Positions 25,601-34,398 of a stretch of DNA of 60,000 bases are shown piece by piece; the stretch's first letter is position 1; each line of letters begins with the position of its first letter. The notes beneath the pieces are model-generated. The model saw nothing but the letters and a program-made list of their open reading frames with translations, was not told the origin of the DNA and searched no databases. The translations under genes were made by a program, and so were the position numbers. This DNA comes from Botryllus schlosseri (taxonomy: Eukaryota). The stretch covers positions 34,908,001-34,968,000 of the forward strand of contig CM119371.1 of NCBI GenBank assembly GCA_051294905.1, read 5' to 3'.

Positions 25601-27894
25601 AAAAGAACACACAAATCAACATACAAATACACGCCACCACCCTCAGATCTCATAATCTCATTGGGTTATCGGTACGTCCGCTAGCAAAGTCTAGAATCGG
25701 GTGACTTGGCGATATTGCTCGCAGTCTCACCAGGCCAGACTTTTTATCGTTTTCAAAAGATGAATCAGTTTTGAAGAATTTTTTGACGCTTTAAATAACT
25801 CAAAGGCATCATATTGGCCTTATAATAAAACAGATAAATAAGCAATTAATACCAGGCAATATTTGACACAACTTTCAGGAATAATTGCAGACGACCCAGT
25901 CCCGTTATACACACTACCACAGGGACTAGTGCCATTATCTTCTATCAAAATCCAAATATTTCCATAAAAATCACCGCTGCCCTCAGATCTCATAATCTCA
26001 TCGAGTCATTGGAAGGGCCTCGATCAACGTCCGTCTCGCAGTCACTGGACAACACAGATCGAATCAACGATCAAAGTTGCGTGCAAAGCGTCCGCAGGGC
26101 CAGACTTGGAAGCAGCCTATTTCCTCAAGGCATGGTTGTCATCATCGGGCAAGCGGGCAGTGTAGAAATATTAATCGAAGGCAACATTACTAGACATTGG
26201 GACTGTTTGGAATCATCAAAATTGTATCTGATGAGTTGCTTTGGTTCATAACTTACGTGAAAAATAACACCCGGGTTAGTGTAATTTCTAATCCACACAG
26301 TCAAGTGTTCTTCACAAATATGTCAGATTTTATGGTATTTCATGAGATCATCAACTTGATGTGGATGAGACTCAATATATGCAATCATAAAGGGAGGCCA
26401 ATCGTATTGATAAAGAACCCCCAAGTGTACTTTCCTGCCCAGACAAAGATTCACGCTATAGAATAGCTTGGGGATTAGGGTATTGTAGGATCAAGGTTGG
26501 AAGCAGATTGTATTGACTCGAGACAAGTCACATTTTTTTAGTGGATAGATTTTACTCTAATCACTTCCTGTATTTAATTAGAGCCATTGCGAATAACTCG
26601 ACCAGGACATTAGACTCGAGACTTTCTATAATATTTTGCCGTAATTCAAGTCATATATTTTATTAGTCTTTCTCGGGTGTCTAGCGGTGAAGTCAAGTTG
26701 AGTTTAAGCTTGACTTGAATAATATTCCGTGCTCAAATCGTGAGGAATTGCAGGTTTACAAAAAAACATGTAAAATTGTGCAATTTTCGCACTCACATTG
26801 GGCGCCATTACAACCTTGTAAATGAGTGAGTTTAAACAAGTCGAAATCGATATTCAACACTCTACACTATGATTTGGACTCGGACCTTCTCAGCCTGACT
26901 TATAGACTCGGACTCGACTCCGTGGTGAGTTCAAAGACTTGACTTGACTTGAGTCACGAGTCAAAACTAAAAACGCGATATTGACTTGCGACTCGGAACC
27001 TCGTAATTTGGTAACAGCTCTAGTTGGTGGTAACCGTAATTAACGATCTTACGTAATACAACCCTAAGCCAATTATATACACACAGATTTTAAACTTCTA
27101 TAGCCTAATATATCAGGTTTCGCAGAGAACACAGTCGCGATCACGTGTAACAACACGAATTTCAAAATATTTTTGACGTAAAAAAATTGGTGATGCTTAA
27201 GGTCGGAACAATACTTGATTTTCATAAGAAAGTGCACTCAAGACTAAAAAAACATAGGCGCTTGATAGCAAGCAATATTTGGTCCTTCATGCCCGTGTTA
27301 CATACTGCAGGTCTGAATGTCAAAGTGACTTTTCATCAAAAAGTCTTAGAAAAGCAATAAAACTCGTGTTGAAATATATTTTATGGTACTTGTGGAGGGC
27401 AAGATAGCATTTTTGTGTTTATTTTTAGCAAATGGTGTAGCACCAATAATACGCACATATAGGCTGTTCAATAATGTGGTCTATGGTCACAAGGAAGATA
27501 TGATGTGCAGAAGCAGTAAAATGTGGAATCATGAGCAAACAGCAAAGAATATGTGCAAAGAGATTCGTGAAACGTGAATAACTATAACTGATATCTAAAA
27601 TCTAACAAACAAAAAAAGCCAATTCGAATCAATGGATAGAACCAAACCTGTGTCACAGTCTCAACAGATCCGATGTAAGTATCTGGACGGAGCAAAATAT
27701 GTTCCAACTGTGTTTTCTTCTGATAAATCCTTTCCACAGACATTCGCTTGTTGCCGCCGCCATCTTTTTTCGAGTCTGGCGTCTTTATCATCGGCTGCGG
27801 ACGCGAGAAAAATTCGTGAAGGCCGCGTATTTTTGCAAAAGCAAATAACACTTACCGAGAAGGTCAGTTTCTGTATCTTGTCTTCCGAGTCCAT
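1543..27894 (-). CDS. TOP2: DNA topoisomerase II (type IIA), 21 exons in window, 3' part beyond left edge
   Basis: Manually spliced exons give 2679 nt/893 codons with consistent phases and GT-AG introns. Motifs: [92 protein letters not shown], catalytic [16 protein letters not shown]. Confidence 0.97.
1999..2085 (-). CDS. TOP2: TOP2 exon 20
   Basis: PLTRLLFP...[10 protein letters not shown]. Confidence 0.94.
2854..3002 (-). CDS. TOP2: TOP2 exon 19 (catalytic Tyr)
   Basis: [37 protein letters not shown]. Confidence 0.96.
3040..3445. repeat. Satellite-bearing dispersed element copy 1
   Basis: ~40-bp TAGCTACAGTTTTTTCCAAATTAGATTAGAATCAGAATTA-like array plus ~160-bp conserved GC-rich tail. Confidence 0.8.
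3647..3768 (-). CDS. TOP2: TOP2 exon 18
   Basis: [10 protein letters not shown]...VAQLAG...YHHGE. Confidence 0.96.
4816..5023 (-). CDS. TOP2: TOP2 exon 17
   Basis: [14 protein letters not shown]...[10 protein letters not shown]...RSLPSLLD. Confidence 0.95.
5943..6052 (-). CDS. TOP2: TOP2 exon 16
   Basis: [17 protein letters not shown]. Confidence 0.95.
6343..6482 (-). CDS. TOP2: TOP2 exon 15
   Basis: [10 protein letters not shown]...WKVKYYK. Confidence 0.95.
7791..9824. mobile_element. GACTCGAGTC-family MITE with nested long-TIR element
   Basis: CAGGGTTGCAATGACTCG left end; right end lacks terminal CCCTG; flanked by a 16-nt duplication. Confidence 0.75.
8074..9681. mobile_element. Non-autonomous DNA transposon with ~270-bp TIRs
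   Basis: TAGGGTTGTCCATAATTT / AAATTATGGACAACCCTA; perfect TSD CTGAACAG. Confidence 0.9.
9841..9917 (-). CDS. TOP2: TOP2 exon 14
   Basis: [20 protein letters not shown]. Confidence 0.95.
10122..10247 (-). CDS. TOP2: TOP2 exon 13
   Basis: [13 protein letters not shown]...[12 protein letters not shown]. Confidence 0.95.
10460..11458. mobile_element. Two nested TAGGG-family foldback MITEs (inner 10734-11332)
   Basis: GGGCTGTT...AACAGCCCTA outer termini, TAGGGG...CCCCTA inner termini. Confidence 0.75.
11653..11843 (-). CDS. TOP2: TOP2 exon 12 (TOPRIM)
   Basis: [12 protein letters not shown]...LTEGDSAK...[11 protein letters not shown]. Confidence 0.96.
12150..12785. repeat. Satellite-bearing dispersed element copy 2
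   Basis: Array with ~80-bp dimeric periodicity plus the same tail. Confidence 0.85.
13097..13202 (-). CDS. TOP2: TOP2 exon 11
   Basis: [17 protein letters not shown]...SNKIK. Confidence 0.92.
13251..15280. mobile_element. Nested stack in intron 10: GACTCGAGTC MITE > TTAA-inserted element (13548-14483) > TAGGG MITE fragment (13637-14020)
   Basis: GGGAGTAGCAAGCCAAAA / TTTTGACTTGCTAGTCCC TIRs after TTAA; the host MITE resumes after the insertion. Confidence 0.6.
15305..15442 (-). CDS. TOP2: TOP2 exon 10
   Basis: [27 protein letters not shown]. Confidence 0.95.
15678..16300. mobile_element. TAGGG-family foldback MITE (right end truncated)
   Basis: Palindromic arms similar to 20244-20904. Confidence 0.75.
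16340..16516 (-). CDS. TOP2: TOP2 exon 9
   Basis: [17 protein letters not shown]...VKPFQ. Confidence 0.95.
16620..17610. repeat. Satellite-bearing dispersed element copy 3
   Basis: ~800-bp diverged array plus the same tail. Confidence 0.85.
17719..17823 (-). CDS. TOP2: TOP2 exon 8
   Basis: [11 protein letters not shown]...EQVNPRWE. Confidence 0.93.
17973..18238. mobile_element. Short TAGGG-family MITE
   Basis: TIRs; TSD ATGTGCGT/ATGTGCAT; inserted in a CGGCATATGCAC mini-MITE. Confidence 0.8.
18763..18891 (-). CDS. TOP2: TOP2 exon 7
   Basis: [12 protein letters not shown]...RRAYDIAG...VYLNG. Confidence 0.95.
19912..20093 (-). ncRNA. Intronic box C/D RNA, SNORD97/SCARNA97-like (TOP2 intron 6)
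   Basis: Minus strand: TGCCC-A-ATGATGA (C box) ... GAGATTATGAGAT-CTGA (D box)-GGGCA terminal stem; guide complementary to tRNA-Met(e) GUCUCAUAAUCU. Confidence 0.8.
20244..20904. mobile_element. TAGGG-family foldback MITE (hAT-type)
   Basis: Palindromic; perfect TSD ATGTAGGG. Confidence 0.9.
21361..21444 (-). CDS. TOP2: TOP2 exon 6
   Basis: [10 protein letters not shown]...DYTCISFM; cag/gtaag. Confidence 0.9.
21525..21706 (-). ncRNA. Intronic box C/D RNA, SNORD97/SCARNA97-like (TOP2 intron 5)
   Basis: AGCCC-T-GTGATGA ... GAGATTATGAGAT-CTGA-GGGCT; compensatory stem change relative to the other copies; 3' end 80 nt upstream of the exon 6 acceptor. Confidence 0.85.
22543..22640 (-). CDS. TOP2: TOP2 exon 5
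   Basis: [22 protein letters not shown]. Confidence 0.95.
22712..22857 (-). CDS. TOP2: TOP2 exon 4
   Basis: [11 protein letters not shown]...[12 protein letters not shown]. Confidence 0.95.
23096..24650. mobile_element. GACTCGAGTC-family MITE containing a nested TA-flanked element
   Basis: CAGGGTTGTAATGACTCG start; ~60-bp internal tandem repeats at 23130-23330. Confidence 0.7.
23503..24430. mobile_element. Tc1/mariner(pogo)-type MITE
   Basis: TA-CCGTAATTTTCC ... GGAAAATTACGG-TA; 71-bp tandem duplication at 23518-23680. Confidence 0.8.
24882..25036 (-). CDS. TOP2: TOP2 exon 3
   Basis: PMWVWD...[22 protein letters not shown]; cag/gtaag. Confidence 0.95.
25640..25815 (-). pseudogene. Degenerate SNORD97-like copy (intron 2)
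   Basis: Guide and D box intact (GAGATTATGAGATCTGA), C box and terminal stem degenerate. Confidence 0.55.
25978..26151 (-). ncRNA. Intronic box C/D RNA, SNORD97/SCARNA97-like (TOP2 intron 2)
   Basis: TGCCC-G-ATGATGA ... GAGATTATGAGAT-CTGA-GGGCA, extendable stem CCGC/GCGG. Confidence 0.82.
27648..27794 (-). CDS. TOP2: TOP2 exon 2
   Basis: PMIKTPDS...[29 protein letters not shown]; cag/gt bounds. Confidence 0.92.
27856..27894 (-). CDS. TOP2: TOP2 exon 1 ([13 protein letters not shown])
   Basis: ATG at 27894, GTAAG donor, 61-nt intron; identical in copy 2. Confidence 0.8.
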
Positions 27895-28589
27895 GCCGCT
27901 TTTGCCGCGATTGCGGACTGAAAATACTCGATTCGACACAAACCCGACTGCGAATTTTCGGCAACCACGAGGAAAGACAGCGCGCATCGACAGATTCGAG
28001 GCTGGAGAGATTTTCCGCCAAATTACTGTAACACCGGTGGCGCACTTTTCTCGGTGCCTTCTGTTCTGAGTTCCTTGGTGTATTTGGGATTTTCAGCAGT
28101 TCAAAACACCGCAAGATTGCGACATAATGAAATTGTAGGGAGGTACAGTTCAGTTTATTACCACTATCAAATCAATACACCACAATATTGCGTTAAAATT
28201 TAAAGATTAGAAGGTGTAGCGATGACTTGGAGTAGTCTTTGAAATCAGACATGCACCAACCTCATCAGCATTTTATTAATTTTTTTACCAAATCAATACA
28301 CCACATGATTGCAATATCATGAGCAGGAGGGTGGCGAAACGACTTGGAATAATCTTTTCATCAGACACCCACCTTATCCTATAACATGTAAATAATAGAC
28401 ATGCACAATAGATAGAAGAAATAGGATAACATAAAAGTAAGCGACAAAAATGAATGCTGCATGTGTCGGTAGGCGAGGTCGATGTGTCAGATTGTGGTCC
28501 AGTAATCTTGATAGCAGACTAGTATTGATTCAGTAGAAATTGCTGTGTGTTGCTGTTTGTAGTATTCATAGTGTTTGTCTACTACTGTG

Positions 28590-28805
28590 GTCATTTACAC
28601 CGGGACAATTTTCATCATTCCTATTACGTAGCTGCCGGCTAGTATGGCCCACTTCTAGGCTTTTATAAGACATCGCTTACACGGATGAGATGACGAGGAG
28701 GAGCCTAGATAAACCCCCAATACTTAAGTTGAAATTATTCTGGAATCGAACCCGCAACCCATTGGTGTTGCAGCTACTGTGGATTCTACCACTACGCTAT
28801 CTCGC
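28590..28805 (-). mobile_element. tRNA-derived SINE
   Basis: A box TAGCGTAGTGG, B box GGTTCGATTCC; homologous to 49030-49252. Confidence 0.7.
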
Positions 28806-28877
28806 GACAAAAGAAGGTGGCATGTGACGGTGTGAGATCAATATGTCAGGTCGTTGTCCGGTAAAGCAGAGGGCTGA

Positions 28878-29042
28878 CTAATATTGATTCAGTAGAAATT
28901 GCTTGTATTTCGATTTGAATGTGGACATGCTCGACGACTGTCGGATAGCCGGCGAGATGCTGCTCCACACTACAGGTCCGACAAAGGTCTAGATACTTGA
29001 TAAAGCGATGCGAGTCTTCTTGCACTCCGTCCTGATCAAATG
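28878..29042 (-). pseudogene. Old LINE ORF2 C-terminus (3' part)
   Basis: FVGPVVWSSISPAIRQSSSMSTFKSKYKQFLLNQY* parallels the C-terminus of the intact ORF2 (YQGPLIWNSIP...FK...FLIESY). Confidence 0.7.
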
Positions 29043-31310
29043 GTATAGTTCAGTGCTTTTCAACCTGTGTGACGGTTCGCACTAGTGCGATTGAAAAGAA
29101 TTTCAGTGCGAATGACGAGCGTGGTGCGAATGAAAAGTCCGGATTAGTGCGAACGGCAAGCGTGGGGCGAATGGTGCAAATGAAACATCCGGATGAGTGC
29201 GAATGAAAATTGTCCATGTTTCTCACTTTTTTCGACGTGGAATAATTCAAATAAACACGATATTAAGTACAGTGAGCCCGTAAATTTTGTCGCTTGGAAG
29301 CAATTCTAAAAACTTGTTGGTAGCTCGGATTTTCTGGTTCACAAGTGAGGAACGCTCCCGATGCGTGTATAATGCAAAGTTTGAGATAATATTTCCGCGC
29401 GGGAGGATTACGTCACTGCTCACTTGCTCACTTGTTCGAAAGCATCCACCGTGCATGGATATTGTATACGGACCTTATTGTAGGAATGTAGGTAATAGTA
29501 GCAGATGCTAGTGTTGACATTTGGCATATTTGAATGCAAAATATTGGAATTTTGGCACACATTGATGTTGGTTAACAGAAGAATTTAGCGTTTATTCAAC
29601 TATAACAATTAGCACATCAGATCTATAACAAGTGTTGTCTACTCGTGTACCTAACCAAGGAGTAGAGGCTGTTGTAAATAAAATTAGCGTAAGCAGATTA
29701 GTGTCTTACGTCCTATGAATATTTATCTTGCATCACATCGAATTATCAAGTCACTGGGCAGTTTAACTACTGACCAGTGCAATGGCCTATTTGTAATGCG
29801 AACTCCACAATTTAGGCTTAGACACGCTTTCCTGTTCTTGGACTGATAATCTCAGGCCAAGTCTATATCGTAAAGGCATAGACCTGTATATAACATATTG
29901 GCGATTCCACTAAGCTTGCTGATCCATAGGAAAAGTTTACCTAGTTCGTGTTCGTACCGCCTTTGTACTACAAACTTTGTAATACTCCTCACTCTACCGG
30001 TTTAGCTTGAGCAGATGAGCAGTGATCAGTCTGAGCACCCTCTGTAGTGCAAAATGAAACCCATCGAATCGTATGTCTTACGATATTCCTTATGCAGCCT
30101 AATTTAAGCTTAATTAGACTGTTGAACCGGGGCCTACGATACTTACGATACTACCCAGCAAACACTCGATGTCCAGTTGACTTCCGGTGGAATTGCCGGC
30201 AGGACGTCCGGTAACTTACGGCCGTCACCTCCCTGGAGTGAGTTTGTCGACAACTAGGGACGTCCTGTCTGCTCTCTGAGTACGTCCGCAATGACGTGTT
30301 GTGGACATGAAGCGACTCCTCATGGACGCGGCTGACCTATCCTGGACGTCACGTGGTTCCCTATGGACGCGTCTGACGTACTGTGGACGTGACGCCACTC
30401 CCTGTGGACGTCATGCCACTCCCTATGAACGCGCCTGACGTACTGTGGACTTGACGCCACTCCCTATGGACGCCAGTCCACGTACTGCGGACGTCTTATT
30501 CGCCCCTGTTCAAGTCCTCAGGACTCCCTGTGGAAAACTTAATGATCTCTATGATTACCTCCTCCACTTCGATACCTGCTCTGCTCCCACTACATGGAAT
30601 CCAACATCATATAAGCTCACAAACTGTTTATATTGGGTTACTGGAAAACGACAATTGCAAATTTCAAGTAAAACATTAATTAAAGAACTCTTATTATTTA
30701 ATTTAACAAAGTTAAGGATTAAGTGAAAATTCGATCACAAAATTATAAATATATGAAATAAATGTGTCACATGAATTTTGGAAATATCAGCTAGTTTTAA
30801 CTAACTAACATGACAAACATTCCAATTGAGGTGCATACGAGAAATTTGAAAGAAACATGTCAAAGGAATTTGACAAAGGACAACCGCTAAGACAATTAAA
30901 AACAGACATAAGCAATCATAAGTAGGAACTACCATTGCAAGACGTAAAACGATGCATCGGCTGTACCGCATCATGTTAAGAGCGCGAGCGCGTATTCGTC
31001 TTTGGCAATAAACTTTGGTTGCAACAACAGGTTTCTTCTCAGTCCTTGTTTTGTCTGAAGCACATAAAAACAATGTCAGCAAATTGTATGTAGATACACT
31101 CTTCATAGCACATGAAATATGTATCAGAACTTCACTATATATTTCCACTTGCATTAATTGTAATATGTCTTGTAAATCGCTACTTCTATTTGTACTTGAG
31201 TGAAAATTTACGACGATACTATGACTACTGCGTCTATTTGAGTGTGGAGAGCTTCTGAACTAGCGATACAGAGTATGCGTCAGCCAATCAAATCAACTTG
31301 TGGAAACACC

Positions 31311-31778
31311 CAGGGCTGTAATTGCAATGAGTCGAGTTGCGATTTCTGGTGACTCGAGTCTTTTTCTCAAAATTCGGAAATGACTCGACTCGAGTCAATC
31401 TATGTAATGACTCGGACGGCTAAGACCGATAACACACTAGTGTAACCACACTATTGGTATTTCGTCTAATGGTAGCAGTACTTGAAAATGCGACCAGAAA
31501 CTGTTAAAGGTGAGAAAAATCAGTAGCCTATATTATATATTATAAATGCGAACCGTTGATATCACCGAACAGAGTTATAAAAACTGGATTAAACAAGAAT
31601 TTAGCTGGAAACTGAGCAGTCAACGCAATGGTTGAACTTGAGTCATAACACCATGACTCGGGCTCGACCCTATACTCGCTAACTTGGACTTGACTCGGTG
31701 GTGAATTGGAAATGACTCGACTTGACTCGAGTCAAAACTATATAAGTGAGATTGACTTGTGACTTGGCTACAACCCTG
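31311..31778. mobile_element. GACTCGAGTC-family hAT MITE
   Basis: CAGGG...CCCTG; TSD GAAACACC/GAAACATC. Confidence 0.85.
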
Positions 31779-31995
31779 GAAACATCTAAAGTACATACTT
31801 GAGTACTTTTCAGAAATTATACTTTCACATCAATTAGTTTGGACAAGACTTGTAAATCACTGCTTGTACCAGAGTGGAAATACATGGCGTTACTACTACT
31901 TCTACTCCATTGATGACACAACAAATACTTCTACTTGAGTGCTGAAAATAACTACGTTTTTGACTATCTCTGTTCAGAAGCATGCACCTACGACT

Positions 31996-32492
31996 CAGGG
32001 TTGTAACCAAGTCACAAGTCAATCTCAATTTTATAGTTTTGACCCGAGTCAATTTGAGTCATTTTCAATTCACCACCGAGTCCAAGTCATTGTGTTGACG
32101 CTCAGTTTCCAGTTGAAGCCTTGTTAACCCACTTGTTATAACTGTGTTTGGTGATATCGAATGGTTCTCAATTCTCATTCAAAATATAGCCTACTAATTT
32201 TCCTCACTTTTAGCAGTTTCTGGTCGCATTTTCGAATACAAGTACCAATAGATGAATTCCTAATAGTGTGGTCACTTTACTATACTTCGAAATTGCAATG
32301 AAATGTTGGTCTCGAGTCATATGACTTGGTTCGAGTCATGCGCAATGACTCGAGTCCGAGTCGAGTCAATATACAGATTGACTCGAGTAGAGTCAAATCA
32401 TTTCCGAATTTTGCGAAAATGACTCGAGTCAAGTCAAGTCATCAGAAAATGGGGACACGAGTCGAGTCATGACTCGATTCATTACAACCCTG
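31996..32492. mobile_element. GACTCGAGTC-family hAT MITE (opposite orientation)
   Basis: CAGGGTTGTAA...TTACAACCCTG; perfect TSD CTACGACT. Confidence 0.9.
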
Positions 32493-32996
32493 CTACGACT
32501 ACATACAATAAGCCTCGACATTTCGACTGTGTCCACTTTTTGAAACTACTCACCCCAGTAGCCTACTTTTTCGAACTTCACTTTCTACTTATACTTGAAA
32601 GGTAGTTTGATGTCTTGTAAATCGCTATTGATACTTAAGTACTAACTACGACTACTCCGAGTCTCCGACCATCTTTGTTTGGAAGCGACCACCAAGAATA
32701 ACTAGGGCTGGCCAGTGGCCACAATGATTCTAGTACTTGAATCTGAATTGAGTATTAATTCCAATGATTCGAGTCGAGTAAGTGAAAGTAAATTTCGTGT
32801 ACGAATATAGAATCGAAATTCTAATTCTCAGTAAAGTATTATATATTCTCAGTATTCGAAACTATATAATACTTTACCGAGAATTCGAATTTCGATTCTA
32901 TATATCACACACTGTGCAATCCTTATATTAATGAAGATTTCAAGGCGTTCGATAAGCCCGGTACCCCAAATTTACCAAGATATCAATTCATTAGGG

Positions 32997-34398
32997 CAGC
33001 GGTTCTCAACCGGGGGTCCGCGAGACCTCTAAATTTCAAAATGGTTGATATACTAATTCTTATTTTATTTTTTAATTTGAGAAAAGAATGAGGCAGTTTC
33101 ACACCACAACTGCTAAAACCTCATGAATCATATCATCATAATAATCGTCTGACATGAACTATCGTAGTGTGGAAATTCATTTTCCTTGCCAATTTTCCAA
33201 TAACCTGCTGATACAAACATATTGCTGTTTAGAGACGTTCAGTTTGGGTGTGTGGGAAAAATAAAAATATGGAGATATTTACGTCAATCAGGGTGACTTC
33301 GTAATTTCTGCAAAACCTTCTGAATTTGAAGTTGTCAGTCTCATCAAATTAGTGAACAGTTGTTTAAAATAAATATTTTCGATTTTTTTTTAAATTTGTT
33401 CCAATGCAGGGATTGAAACCTCGCCATGAAATCCATTGTATCCTGTTATATACATAACCACTATTTGAACAGCTTCTTGGAGGTACATTACTTTAATGTA
33501 CAATTGAATAGTATATTCATATTGAAATGAACCCGAATATTTTTGGCTGACACTCGTGATAAATCGAACAATGATATACCTGCTCTTAAAGTTCGGCTAT
33601 CAGATTCGGTGCATTTTTACTGCGGATGCCCTATTGACAAGGCTGGTTTTTTGATGAACAAGGAGTGTTTCGTTGCTATCAAAGCATTACGCTCCAACCC
33701 TGAAATTCATATCACCAGTTTTATTGGTATGCAGCCTTGTCTTGTTAATGTTCAATTGTTCATGGTCGAAAATGTTTGATCGTAAATATACATGTAAAAC
33801 GAACAGAACAAGTTATTTCTCAGGTTGGAAAACTTGGATCCATTGTTTGGCGCACAAAATTTGTCTATACGTTTAGATTGAGATTTCACTTTGACAGTAG
33901 TAACTCTCTGCGGGCCGTATGTTGCCCGTCCCTGCGCTAGATGCTGGACGTGATATATTCATTAAATAAATGTTTCTTCATTTTGGTGTCATAAATGTTG
34001 CGATCACACCATAAGTATCGTCGGAAGCGTTGTGCGTTAATATTCCATTAGCCTCCATCTATCTTTGTGGAAATGATTTTTGGCACTCCTCGTTTATGTC
34101 ATAACGAAGACGCGGATTTACAAGACACGGCCACCGGGCCACGTACTTCAAGAAATACAGCAACAAAATTAGCTTTGGGATAATAAAAATCTACCAACTT
34201 CCACATAAATAGTATGATGTTATTTTCAAGAAAAATCATTATTTCGCTGTTTATCATAAGCCTACAGTTCATATTTGCACAAGATGGATGAAGGTTGCAC
34301 CATGATAGATCTAAAATTGAACTAAAACTTGAGGGGGTCCGCGAGAGCCCGTGACGGTCAAAAGGGGTCCGCGAAGCCAAAAAGGTTGAGAACCACTG
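32997..34398. mobile_element. hAT non-autonomous element
   Basis: CAGCGGTTCTCAACC / GGTTGAGAACCACTG; perfect TSD CATTAGGG. Confidence 0.85.

Noticed and set aside
27632..28114. Overlapping ORFs of 108-145 aa at the TOP2 start
   Set aside because: Antisense or read-through frames over TOP2 exons 1-2; the same holds for plus-strand ORFs over other exons and over the LINE
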